Position numbers and translations under genes: made by a program | Part shown: piece after piece, positions 14,649-27,785 of the stretch | How the letters are laid out: each line of letters starts with the position of its first letter | Numbering within the stretch: the first letter of the stretch is position 1 | DNA from: Trichoplax adhaerens | Taxonomy: Eukaryota; Animalia; Placozoa | Reading direction: 5' to 3' | Assembly (NCBI RefSeq): GCF_000150275.1 | Contig: NW_002060946.1 | Location: 3,181,454-3,245,453, forward strand | Length of the DNA stretch: 64,000 nt | The notes under the pieces: generated by a model | What the model saw: only the letters and a program-made list of their open reading frames with translations | Database searches by the model: none | Told to the model about the DNA's origin: nothing

Positions 14649-17600
14649 TTTAATTATTTGAGTGTTACATACTACTGATTGCTAGGTCATTCACACAATT
14701 ATTGATTCCATATCCAAATTTACAACCTTTAGCTAATATTGTAATGGTGCCCGATATTAATAGCTGAATTTATCAACGATAGCAAATATTTAATTATTAT
14801 TTAGTTGGCATGTCTACAGCCTTCTAATTACAGCTTTTTTGCGTAAACATAAATATGTCAATAATTTATACCTTTTAAGACTAATATAATGGGTCAAAAT
14901 ACTAGTGGAGGAATATTTTCGCAGCAAGTAGTACTGGTAATATTGAATAAATATAGAACTTGAGGATTGATATGTTAGGTAATACTTCAGAACGGAAGAG
15001 TTTAAACGTTTATAATTATTTAGCGCAATTGCATAAAAGGACTTTTTTGAAAACTATTTTATCTAGTCAATAATACAGTAATAACATGATGGCGATAGCA
15101 CGGATATGCGGTAGATACATCAGGAGCAAATCTTTTTTCAGCCATAGTTTTAACTTCTATTTCTTTTATTTTTCATTTTGTTACTGACGTCACGGCGTAA
15201 AATTGTCAGTGCTTCAACATTAAAAAAGGAATAGTGATTATAAAATGTCATGATCGCTAAATCATTTCAATTGAAATTAATTTGGGACCCCTTCTACCGT
15301 ATCTATCCTATGAACTATTAGTGAAAACCTTATTATTAGTCCATGATCTATCACTTCTTTTGACCTGCGAGACAGAAATAAAATATTGTTTTGACTTTCA
15401 AACTTTGTAAAGAACTTTATTATAAAAATATACGAATACAACTTTAATATTCATATTAGTAAATTACATATTCAAATGAACTGGAACATAATCTATACGA
15501 AGCAAATAAGTTAAAAGAGAATTTATAGCTAGATAATCTTAATATAGGTTCTTGGAAAGATATCTAGAAGTAAATCAGTATCTATTGAGCTATTTACTAA
15601 CTGCATCAAAAAATCATTTAGCCAGATTATCCATTTAGAGATTCTTCATGTATTGAAATGACTAAGAATTTCACAAAGTAAGAGATATAGTAGCTAATAA
15701 ATATATCTATAAGCTATTCTACTTATTCTTAAGGGTAACGTTGAGCTAGAAAATGTTAATCTTTTCAATGAGTAAATATGACTTCTCGTGCAATACCTCC
15801 TCTTTTAAATACTAAAAACAAGTTATCCTCATAATTTAATATAATAATCACTAGTCTGTACCCTTCTTGTGATACTCTTACGTTCCTTGTTAGAGGTTTA
15901 AGATGTAAGTTAGTACTGTTATTAATAGGAAAAATGAATATATATTTGATTACAGGTTCATTTAAGATGCGATATACTCAAGAAGAAAGTTTTCCTTTTC
16001 TCCTATGCCATTTGCAATATCCCGTTTGCAAATAGCGACAAAACTATTACTGGACTGTTTGTAATATTTACATCACACTATGGAATTGAAGATATTAAGA
16101 TTAAAATCTTCAATTTTCGGACAAATTTTGATCAATACTCTTCTGCTAGTTTAGATATTTGTTGTGCAGATCCTAAATAGGGCATACTTGTAGATTTGAT
16201 TACAGAATTATCTTTTTCAGTAATCAATGTAGATCTAGATAGCTCTTGGTCATCGAGCATTTAAGAAAGTGAAGTTTAACAAGAAATCAAAGTCTTTTTA
16301 CATTATTTTTGAGACCCTCTATCGCGTCGACTTTGGATAGCTTAGGATGTCATGAATAATTACAATATTAGCGTGGGGATGGATACCTAAGAAATAACTT
16401 TTAAAAGATAGAATAGTCCGTCAAGACTTCTAAATTGACACTCTATACTCTTTACTTTAGTATTCCCAACTTATGTTCAATTGGCCGTTTTCGAGTCGAG
16501 GCGATCTTATTAAATTATTAAAATATTAAATTAAATATTAATATCTTAACCTCGATCTAGAATCGAAAGATATTCAATTCACAATTGCGAGCAATCTGAT
16601 AATCTCCTAATTTAATTTCAAAGGGCACTTAGAAATTATGAGAAGCAAGGTTTTTCCCGGCTGCCAGAATATCAAGTCCTTGTGCCGTCCGTGAAGCCAA
16701 TTTAGGTCTCGATTACTATTGCACGAAACCATTAGAAGATAAATCACCCTGATAGCTACATTTGAAAATCAACATTGCAATGATGTTTATGTTTGACGGA
16801 GCTACGGTAATTGCTAATGAAAGGCAAATTTTTTAACAGTAGGTAGATCCTCTTAACCTAGTGCAATGTTACCGAGATTAACTAACTTCAATAGCTGTTG
16901 ACATTAGTATAGGAGATCCTATAGTAATAGAGATATCTATCATGATTATAGTAGTGTTGTCGACTAAAAGTATATGAACAATGCAATTAGTTGTTATCGA
17001 TATCGTATTTGGAAAGATAGATGATAATATAAAGCACGATGGTGTTAATAGAAGCTCCTGCTGTATTAATTAGGAAGCTATGTTAACTTATAAATGTCAG
17101 ATGATATTTTGCCAGTTGTATATATAACGCGAGGTCTTTCTGTAAATAGTTGGTTGTTATCCTCCTTTAACATTAGACTCTCAATAAATTGTAATAAAAC
17201 TATTACTATCCACCGACGTTTTCTTTGGATTTTATTACATCCAGTCAAATTATTGATACGCTATACTGTACGTAGCAATCGTTAGCCTTTATATCGATTA
17301 TTAAGCTAAGATTTAACATAAAAATCTTTGATACTTTACTTTATATTGTTCTATTGGATTCATTGAAGCCTATTAAGTCTAATTTGGCAATATGCTATAG
17401 AAGGCATGGAAATGTTGATGAAACTACTGTTAGTATACGCTTTCAGGTAGTCTATTAATTAAATTATGCATGGACCAGATAGAGAGACATATTGGGAACA
17501 ACTATCAGTCAGCTTTCTCCAGGGATCTCAATGCGCTATTGCCTTGTTGTGGTGCAGTCGCAAAATATAGCTAAGATTAAGATTGTACGAGAATAGTTAA

Positions 17601-18159
17601 ACTGGGAACACCAGACGAATAATAATACAGTGCAATAAACAATGTTGTACTCAACAGCCTTTGGTAGCTGTTGGCAATGTTAATTGTCAAAGGTATGATT
17701 GTGATGAGGAAAAAATCACTCAGTAACTAATTGTATATTAATGGTGAATTTTACTATAATAATTCAGATAGTCTGATTGATTATAGCCAGATAGTCCTTG
17801 ATGGTTGTCAGACGAACCTAATTTACGTAATTAAGTGAAGTTTACAAGAAACTACAGTTCTTGTTCTATTTTTGAGAAGACACCTTATCATAGTTGCCAG
17901 GTTGCTTTAATGCACGTACTTGCATCGAGGCTGAGTAGTGTAGCTAGCCATTGGAATTTGTTATTCATTCAACAATTCATTTAGCCGTTCTACCAGACAG
18001 CAGGACAAGTTAACTCAATTTCGTTTTATTGAAGAAATAAATGCTACAAATGGTCATTTTACATCAGCGAGCTGTATGAATAGGCTTGAGTTCGATGACA
18101 GAAAAATCCAATATGAAAAATGGTACAAGAATGGATTATCATTTCTATGCTGTATAGTC

Positions 18160-18765
18160 TCATACTTTAGCAAATGTTTTACTTAGCATCTTATCAACAT
18201 ATAATAATCCATCTAAATGATCGACTTCATGTTGTAGTATTCTAGATAGCCAACCATCAGCTATATAATTTATTCGATTTCCATGGCGATCTAAAGCGCT
18301 TACTTCAACAGTAGTATAACGTGGCACTTTTGCCATACAATTGTGAATGCTGGAACAACTCTCATATTCTGCAACTTTGTGATTATCCAAAACTTTTAGC
18401 TGGGGATTAATTAATACTTGTAAAGGAACCGTGTCACGTTGAACTACATTACGGTACTGTGCTTGTAAGTAACTTAAATGGCGTTTCGTTATTTCCAAAG
18501 TAATTATCCTTAAAGGTCGGCCAAGCTGAGGAGCAGCAATTCCTAGGTCGCCATGGCTTCTCATTGTTTTGATCATTCTATCAATTAATTTTTTAACATC
18601 TGTTGAAACGATCGCAGTAGGATCCACTGCAGCAGCCTTTTCCCTTAACACGCTTTCTCCAGCCTGCCTGATATAATTCAATCTTAATAATTTCCTACCA
18701 TATCTATAATAATAATATTTAACAGTTCTAGTGCCATCAGTAAGAAAATATCTAAAACCAGCCAT
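18160..18765 (-). CDS. PDF: Peptide deformylase, mitochondrial (type 1A), intronless
   Basis: Motifs GIAAPQ (GxGxAAxQ), ESCSS (EGCLS variant) and QHEVDHLDG (HExxH); basic N-terminal presequence. First ATG is at 18765; the ORF track starts at a TTG. Confidence 0.93.
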   Translation of the reverse strand: MAGFRYFLTDGTRTVKYYYYRYGRKLLRLNYIRQAGESVLREKAAAVDPTAIVSTDVKKLIDRMIKTMRSHGDLGIAAPQLGRPLRIITLEITKRHLSYLQAQYRNVVQRDTVPLQVLINPQLKVLDNHKVAEYESCSSIHNCMAKVPRYTTVEVSALDRHGNRINYIADGWLSRILQHEVDHLDGLLYVDKMLSKTFAKV

Positions 18766-18894
18766 GTTTCTCCTTGGTGTAGTCAATTTCTCAAGAGGTC
18801 AGTTCACCAAAGTGCAGGTGCACTTGACGGAGGTGTCGATCTTGTGAGGTTCGTTTTCAGGACGTTTGTGATGAGCTGGTGACAGCCTACTTGG

Positions 18895-19380
18895 TGTCAG
18901 GCTACAGACTATGCCACAGGAAACAGTACTTACAGTACAGTACGACACGGTATAGTATCGACAATACGCTACAGTAGAGTACTTCATACTGTATAATTAC
19001 AGTACAGTACTGTATGGTAGAAACAGGCTACAGACTACTGTACAGTACACTGTACAGTACAGTACAGTACTGTACTGTACCCCAAAGGAGGACAGTGCAG
19101 TACACTGAGTACAGTACAGCAATACAGTAGAGTACTTCATACTGTATAATCACAGGAGACAGTAGGAACGACACGGTATCGACAATACGCTATAGTACTG
19201 TACAGTAGAGTACTTCTACTATACTGTATAATTACAGTATGGCAGAAACAGGCTACAGACTACCCCACAGGAGACAGTAGGTACGACACGGTATCGACAA
19301 TACGCTACTGTAGAGTACTTCTACTACAGTATACAGTATTCTAGTTACAGTATGTACTGTACAGCGCCAGAGCACAGTAT
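18895..19380. repeat. Degenerate ~115-125 bp minisatellite rich in CAGTA, upstream of PDF
   Basis: Blocks ggctacagacta (18900, 19026, 19251) and acgacacggtat..cgacaatacgcta..gtagagtacttc (~18942, 19168, 19282) recur. Confidence 0.85.
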
Positions 19381-19617
19381 GGAGATACACGTTTTGAAAG
19401 ACCGTGTAAAATGAAATGTCGCCCCTTTTCGCCAAAAGTTCATTTTCCTAAGCCTGTCTTCTTGAAGGTTTTCAGGTGTAGGGGATGACAACTCATTTTG
19501 CATGTTGTATTAATCACGTATCTGGTAGCCCATAATGGAGTACCTTGGATAGGCACCTTTTAGCTACCAAGTTATGGACTATTACAAGAAAACCCAATTG
19601 CTGTACTAGGTCTTCTT

Positions 19618-20581
19618 CTAGTAGTCCTTGTGTAAGCTGTGCGATGATAGAATTAACGAACGCTTGAAAGCACTGACTGTAATAAAGGGAAGTCCGTCTC
19701 CTTTTTGCTAGTCATATTTACACAAGTATTAACGCAATAACTTGAGCTTAGATAACCTTTTTACCAATTCCATTATAGTACTAGTATTAGTCTCAAAGTC
19801 GACTAGTTTTACTAAGTTGTCTAGACGACAGGAGAGTACGAGAGAATCTAACGAGAGTTAAATCTCTTTCGCTTATATAATATTCATCGTTAGTTGATCA
19901 TAGCAATAACACAAACAAATTCTATAATTCGTTATGCTAAATCTTATCTATCAGATTTGTATAAAATAAATCTTATAACCTATAGTAATCTTAGCTAGCA
20001 TTACAATACGATTCTTATGAGTGATGGCATAACTTTCTATGTGAAGGCTACTTCATTACACTGACCAAAGTAATAGAGTATGTACACTGTATAAGCGTAC
20101 ATACTCTATTAATTTGGTACATGGGACAGTTGCAGTCAGGTTATTCAATTAAGCACAAGTGGCTATGTGATACTTTGTGCTTCTCCCAGTCGTACCACGA
20201 TGCATTCATTGTGCAAAGTAGGAGCGGAATCTGTGATAGTTAGATTAATTATAGATATGATATGGTACAGACATTGGCTGAACAGTACATGATAATTTAA
20301 ATTACATCTAATATCACTGCTGTAGCTTGGCATGTGATACCAGTCATTGCACAAGATGGTTTTTACATGATTTGTACCGTATACTGTCTCGACAGGATCC
20401 TGATAGTATCATGATAGAATCTTGATAGTATAAGGAATTTACTTGATACTATCATGATTAAGAAAAATCTGATAGTTGACACCAGTGTTGCGAGAATCGC
20501 GTTACCGCAAATCATACTCACTAGGCAAAAGCTCGATTCACCCCAATTAATGAGAAACCTCGCGACTCTGTTCGACACCAT
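19618..20581 (-). CDS. Candidate spliced microprotein (49-68 aa), possible single membrane segment
   Basis: Exon 1 20581-20522 MVSNRVARFLINWGESSFCL|gtgagt; exon 2 cacag|20230-20174 IPLLLCTMNASWYDWEKHK; possible exon 3 19707-19618 QKGDGLPFITVSAFKRSLILSSHSLHKDY*. All junctions are phase 0. A CAGTA cluster lies upstream. Confidence 0.5.
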
Positions 20582-21868
20582 TGCTAGATAATTGTCATCA
20601 TCAGCTACGGGGACAGCTAGCTAGTACCACGTTCATTGCACTTCGCCAATATATATATATATTGTACTGTATACGTCAAAGTGCAGTACTGTATGTACTA
20701 CTGTAATAGCAAATAAGCATATTCTCTTTAATGATGCATAGTATGTAAAAAATAGGTTATGAATTTTAAACTTGTGCTCTATTTTAGCAATTTACAACTA
20801 TAGTATTACTCGTGGCGTTTACAACCTTTCTCAGTTATCATCTTCGCCATTATAAATATATGACAAAGTACCGTACGGTAGTTCAGATCGATCCTAAATA
20901 AATATATTCTTAATGCGCTTACCATTACATTCAAAGTGCACTTTAGTGCTCCAAACCATTTTTAATTGGTGAAATAAAATGAATAATGCTAATTATTAAC
21001 AGAGGTTCGTTTATGCATTGATTAATACTATGCATCTAGTTGAAAGATGACGTAAGAATCAATGAGCTTTAGCATTACTTAAATTGAGTGTCCAATGCTA
21101 TCACAATTAGCACAGTACAAAATGGAAAAATTTATGGTGACCTTTCATTATTTATAATGATATAATAATTAATCGTTACGGTAAAGAACTGTACAAATGG
21201 CCAAAATTGTTATGATAAATACAGAATAGTGAAATAACAATTACAGCCTAAGTAATTCAACTTATCGTTAAATTAAAAAAAGTATTATGATAGCTTACGC
21301 ACTTGTATGATATTTATAGCAACTTTACACGGCTTACAAATTTTTAAAATCGTCAATCTACTGCCGTTTGATCGTAAAATAGAAGATACACAGTAGTCGA
21401 AAGTCATATATCTTCTAGGGATTTGAACGTAACAAGAGTAGGATAAACATTTAAAATACAATTATAACAATTAATATCTGTAATATCGTATAAAACGATG
21501 ATTATAGTACAACATTCCTTGACATGTAAGAACTAAGATGTAGAACGGTCATTAAATTATTTTTAAATGCGATACAATGCAATCATCTGCCTATCGACGA
21601 CAACATAAAATATCAATACAAATATGGTATATTATAGTACTGAATACCATTTCACGTTAAAGCGACTTTAATAAACATTATCTAAAATTTAACTATTTTT
21701 CTGATTGCATTGAATACATCTGTCGCATCTGTTGTGATTTTCACCGATGTAGCACGTAATTTATATTAACTTACAAGCACATCTTTGAAGCAACTTAAAA
21801 TCCGCACGTCGTCAGATTTAGTGATTATTGACAGATCCAAAATTATCTTGAAACATATATCATACCAG

Positions 21869-24800
21869 TTAGTTGCCATCAGCCACGACATCATCCTCAG
21901 CATCTTTCGTAAAGGATCGCAATAATTCCTATATCGATTCAATAAATGAAAATTTTAATAATTTCTCCCACGATATAGTGCCATACATTTAATACAACAC
22001 TTACTGCGTTTATAATTATCGTAGTTTATTTCCATAAATAACAACATTATCGAAATTGGTCGATGTAGCGTTCATTTAATCATATGAATGGAGACTTTAT
22101 TTATTAGTTAACATAATGCAGTCATTGTCGCTATACCTCCAAATCCTTATCTTGCTCATTCGTAAGTATGGTATCATCAAGCGGATTTCTAGGATGAAAC
22201 ACCTATGGTAGAAAGTAGTAGTAACCTTTTTAGAGTCTACATATTGACAACTATACATCTAATTAAAGTAACTATATTAGAGCTGACATTATTAATATCC
22301 ACAGTTTTATTGGAAAGTAATGAATGGAGTTGATCGAGGCTTTCCTGAACATTGTCGACCTTTTCTCCAATATAAACTCTGGTGATAGAAATCAGTAGGT
22401 TTAACCATTATCATTGACCATAATAACTAGTAATAACTATAGTGATAAGCAGCAAAACTAACGTATCAGGATTTGTAGTGGGTGACTCCAAATCCAATGG
22501 AATCACGTCAGGGATGTAACTATTTTCTGTGGATGGTCCGATAGAAGTGTTCGTATTGGCGAGAGCAGTATCTAGGTCAAAATCTATAAAAAATGAATAA
22601 GATATTCCATAGGTATTTTTATACTGAAATAAGTAACTATACGCTTTACGGTAAAGTACCAGAATCGATAAATGACAGGGCCTCCGGTGTGTTAGCATTT
22701 TCAACGACAGGATAAGATAGCTGATTATCTGCAACAGTATGCATATTACTATATGCAGCAGGAACTGTTTCACTACTTGTAATTCCAGCAGCAACTTCTT
22801 GAGGGTATACAACGATAGCTCCTAGCAATCCCAAATAGACATATTAAAGACTTATTAGCTATCCCAGATAATTTCCAGACCGAAGAATAATCGATCCTAG
22901 TCATTGCCATAATTTACACATTAAATAGGATTAAATGATAGGAATACAACTGCGACACATCGCGGACATCCGTAAAGAACATTGTACTTTACTTTTAGAA
23001 TTTAGCAAAGTTATACCATTTTTTAAATCTTCTAAGGAAACTTTATCTTCTGGTTGACCTCTACTCTCGGAGCCACTAGGCTAGAAATTGTTAGTTTAAG
23101 CGATAAGTGTTTGATATTATAATTACATACAGTCAAGTTATCTAAAACTTTTTTAGCAGGCGTACATAATTTACGTAGTATCCAGAGGATGAATTATCGC
23201 CTTCATAATTGCCTTCGAAATCTACCCTTCTTGTTTTTGTAGATGCAGGAGCATTTTCTAACATCAGCCTGAAAAGTAAAATTTAAGCCAAAGAGCACAT
23301 CCAGTATTCAGTATTAATTGTTTCATAAACGTGTTAATTTATTAGTTTGACTAACCGTTTTCTATGCACTGGCAGTCCTTTCCTTTTATACATACAGCTC
23401 GCCAAAAATTGGACCAACTGTAAAGGTTTTAATAGTATCAGTGAGATATCATACAAATTAAATTCTGATATATGTTGAATCTCTTCTATGACAAAATAGC
23501 ATTACTTTATTGACAATCTGCTGTTGCATTTGATGTTTCTTTCTCAAAGTAATAATTTCATTCCATAGTAACTCATTTTCCCTGTTTCATTTTACCAAAA
23601 GTTACCAGATATTCAATATCGTATCATCGAGCTATTTTAAAGTTACAATTTACTCTGCTTTATCGATATGTAGAAGATCAAGTCATTTTTATTTACATTT
23701 TCATTTGTGCGAATTTACTATTGATATTTTCCTGTTCGTTTTTAACCGCGCTAATTTCGCTTAAAGCAATAGTGATATCGTCCGGCTTGATTTTATTCTG
23801 TTCAAGTTTTAACGTTGACTGAGATACCTAATGTTAAAAGAAATAGTTCGGGTAATCCTAAGAAATTAATCCTTATAAAGGAAATATAAGTACCACCTTC
23901 ATAAAACATGTCAACACTAGAGATCATTAGCTAATTCATTTTAACTAAATGAACTTATTGTTGCCGCTATCGCACAGTTTTACTACTACGTTATGACGTA
24001 TCTACGCATACTGTCGAGACTGAAGTGTGAAATATTTCAAGCATCATTTATCAAAACAGTAATTGGCCTATCATCCAAGTCTTAAATTGAACAGTTATAT
24101 TTGCTAACCTTTCGTTTAACCATATCTAATTTATCAGGATAATCGCGCTGGAAATTATTGTTGCTAAATTCCCAGTAATCGCGACCATTTAAACCGCCAC
24201 GTTCAGCATTGAAGACTTTATGGAAACCATCTAAATAAATATTCGCAAGAATATAAATTTATTATGATATCGTTGTAAATAATAGCTAGATTTGATACTA
24301 AAAATTTGGTATAAAAGTTTGATATCAACAAATAAATATAATTTAAAATGTTCATAAGTGTAGGTTCTTAGTAAAGTACTTGCTCAACCACTTTATTTAC
24401 TGGGATATATACCTTTATGTTAATAATTGTCCTGCTTAAACGTACGTGATAGCAAATATAAACATCACATAACAATGGGAAGTCTTATTCATTATAACTA
24501 CTTACACATGTTTAGCTGTCGAACGAAACTAGCAAAGTTTCCGTGCTTGAAATATTTAGGTAATATATCAGCAGAAAATTTGCCTTGATCTTTAACCACA
24601 AATGTGGTGCCATCCTTTAGCGGTACAGTAATTTGTAGACAAGAAAGGTTCATTAGTATGAATAGCACAGCGCATATATGAAAATTTAAATTTCTATTTA
24701 ATCCTGGACTATATGATTTAAAAGCTATGGAAATAAAAAATGAGATCATAAGATCCAAATAATAATTTTCTATCATTTCAAACGCCTTCACATAACTTAG

Positions 24801-26729
24801 CTGCGGAATTTCTAGTAAATAGGGTATAGTACTGTACTGGAAATATCTACTTGTGTCGTATTTTCAATATGAAAAAAAAGTATTCTTTATCGATAGTTTG
24901 AATTAGAAACCGATTATACTCGCGTAAAATAAAGATAATCTTAATGTACTAAGAAGACACTGTAAATAGTAAATAGGAAAATTAGTTTATAGAGTAAGCA
25001 TATTATTGAAATACCTAATCACTTAACAAAAGTGATAATAAGGGAGATACGAAATCTCGCATTTCACTAGTAATTATGAAATTACACCGCATGATTCGAG
25101 AGCAAGCAAGTTAACAAGCTAAAAGTAAAATATGCGTACATCCATCCATCAATAACAGCGATTAAAAATTACCTATACTATATCATCATAGCTGTACATT
25201 CAAATTTTGGGGGGAGATTTTCTAGGCTTTGTTTTTTTTAAGTTGAACTAAATTCTATTCTATCTTTAAGACTGTTTTCTCAATCCGTACACTTCATACA
25301 GTAGTTCCTTCCAATCATTAATATCATAGGTTATACAGTCATTTGATATGTTGTAGAGGATAGGAAAGTTCAAGATAAGGCTAGTGGCTTGCTAATGGCC
25401 ATCGTTCGATTTAATTAAGCAGTTATCATAAATTTATTCATATTAGGCTATTGTCGTACTACCGTACAGTCTACGAAAATCGATGTATTGTTAACGTTGA
25501 TTTTCATCTCAAAAACTACACATAGCAAAAATTTTCTCACTTGAGGAAAATCAGTAATAAAATCGTTAATATTTGTTGCTGAGAATCTTTTGGTACAACT
25601 GATGCCTTGGACTGTTGCACAGTAGCTCTACATGGATGCAGCATTGTGAAATACACCCCTAATTGACATTTGGCGCTCCTGATTGTAATTTAGCAAAGCA
25701 AAACATGAAGAGTAATAACATGGTAACTACAGATCGAGTTTATGTAATCTCAGCTTCGTTACCGTGTTCTCTATAGTATGATAGCAATACAACGTCTAAA
25801 AAGGTGCTGGCCGAATTTGTAACTCAATTATTCCACTACTGTGGCTTTGTTATTGTTCCTATTACAATCAAGTCAGCTTACTCGTTTAATTGTACAGTAC
25901 ACGGCAAAAGGTATCTTGAAATTCTTCATGAGCTGCTGCCTAGCCCGTTCTAAAGTACGTATAGGCGTATGCGCTTGATCAAGCTGTTCACTTTGAATAA
26001 CGTTTTAGCCGATATCTGTCTATCCAAAAACTCTGTACTATTACAGTTAGCATCAGTCCATGATCTCCTGTTTACCCATCCATATTCAAGTACAGTTTTA
26101 AGCTTCAAGTTTATAGGTACAAAGTAGGAGTGTATCATACAATCGGATGACATTGGCAGCAGATGCGATGCTATCTGCAGTATCCAATGAAGATAGGCGC
26201 CTATACATTGATAAAAATCAATCTTAAGATTGTCGGCATTAAAGTATAGAATGAGAATGACTCTTTTACAACTTGAATGGTAACAAGACTGGAAGGGAGT
26301 GATTTATTTGCGGTTAGCTATGTAAGGTATGATATAAAGTGTCCAACATGAGCTGGTTGACCTATCTTATGAACAAAATGTAGCAATGAGATGAGCCGAC
26401 TTGAAGCTGCAGCAAAGTACAAGCGTACAAACAAGTTTGGCAAACTATAGCTAATGGACTGCAAAATTCTACTCTCTCAATCGTGACATGGTTGAATAAG
26501 AAAGGACTGTCATAAGCTTCTATCCTTTCCATCCGTGAATTGATGATTGAAAAGACAATGCAACATTGCGAAATGAACATTATTTTCGTCATGGCTGGCT
26601 GGCTGATGATATTGCAATATACTATACCTTGCTCCAGTGTATAATGTTGTCGGTTTCTGTATCGTTCAATAATTTCCATAACTTGGCAAGAAAGGCGGGT
26701 ACACTATCCTTGATTAGTGTTTTACTCAT
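21869..26729 (-). CDS. HSF1: Heat shock transcription factor (HSF1-like), ~12 exons
   Basis: Exon 26729-26628 [28 protein letters not shown]; 24614-24506 [29 protein letters not shown]; 24230-24109 [53 protein letters not shown]; HR-C-like [15 protein letters not shown]; stop at 21869. Confidence 0.95.
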
Positions 26730-26969
26730 TCTTTGACCGCTGTATTGATTTTTTTAACTTGTTGTAATCGATAAAGATGCCAATGATTACTGTCTTCCAA
26801 TTCTTCTTCCTCAATTGATTTGAATTTTGACACGACGACTAGATTGATGCAATAAGTTCCAGGTCAGGAGTGTTGCTTCTACAGTCCAGATAGAAGCTTT
26901 TATTAGCCAACCAATGCAATCATCCACCGCAGTCGATCGACTGTACGCAAGATCACGTCTTTCGCCTGA

Positions 26970-27485
26970 GCTACAGTATACAGTGTACAGTGTATAGTAT
27001 TGTACAATGTACAACGTACTGTACTGTACTGTACTGTACTGTACTGTACTGTACTGTACACTGTACAGTAGAGTGAGTGAATGGAGACGCTCCGGTTCAG
27101 GTGAAGAAAAGAGAGAATTGACAGTACAGTACAGTGTACAGTGTACAGTACAGTACTGTACTGTACATCAGTTCTACAGTACTGTACAGTATATTTAGTA
27201 GAGTACAGTACTGTAGAGTACGTACTGTACTGTACTGACTACAGACTGATCTGGTCGCTTCTGGAAATTGCTGTCGCTGTTGTACTGTACAGTACAGTAC
27301 TGTACACTCAAATAAATGCACAGTACTGTACACTGTACTGTACTGTACTGTACAACAGCCAAGCATGAGCAGTGCAGGTCAACGATTGGATGGAAAATGG
27401 CAGAGTCTTCACAAAGGGTGCGTTACTTCAAAAAACGTACAGTACTGTACAGTATTGTACTGTAGGTAGACCTGATTTGTACTGT
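26970..27485. promoter_or_regulatory. CAGTA/TACTG pentamer cluster in the HSF/DEAD-box divergent intergenic region, including perfect (GTACT)8 at 27016-27055
   Basis: Repeats are seen directly; the promoter role is inferred from position 240-750 bp upstream of the HSF ATG. Confidence 0.7.
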
Positions 27486-27785
27486 AGGCCAGAGACGGCC
27501 TGGGCTTCCAATAGGCAAACAAACAGAAACCAAGCCATGGACTACTGGATGGATGGAAGACAGTCTAGGCGTAGTAGTGTACTGCAGCCAGAAACTCACC
27601 ACTTCAATCAACCTGCTGGAAGCTGCACAACGGCATGATTCATTGTCAATGAATCAATTGATTCCATTCAAGGATTGCTTGGGGACAACATGAAGACCTT
27701 CTACAGACTCCAGCCGATCATATAATGTTATCGTTTGCTCCATTTCGATCCATACCTACACAATTTAAAATAGTCCGTAACTAAC

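Larger units (their letters stand above)
9800..17700 (+). pseudogene. Decayed multi-exon LRR-containing GPCR (LGR/GRL101-RXFP-like) remnant
   Basis: Many ~24-codon LRR-like pieces: LVENGICLIVKPIIFVFTSLKSM ~10939, YPENLFYSLL ~11548, FRNNKKLKKL ~14452, KSFSQIIHLEIL ~15612, FPGCQNIKSL ~16653, LSINCNKTITIH ~17179. These are followed by a hinge-like PCC..C at ~17542 and a TM1-like LVAVGN at ~17661. Many stops. Confidence 0.5.

Noticed and set aside
27258-27272. HSE-like cTTCtgGAAatTGCt upstream of HSF; GAAtaTTC in the 151-bp repeat; TTCtaGAA at ~28395
   Set aside because: Only two perfect nGAAn units each, which is expected by chance.
26811-27638. Several ORFs with YCTVL/YSTVQ repeats (also 18799-19435)
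   Set aside because: Translation artefacts of the stop-poor CAGTA pentamer repeats; open on both strands.
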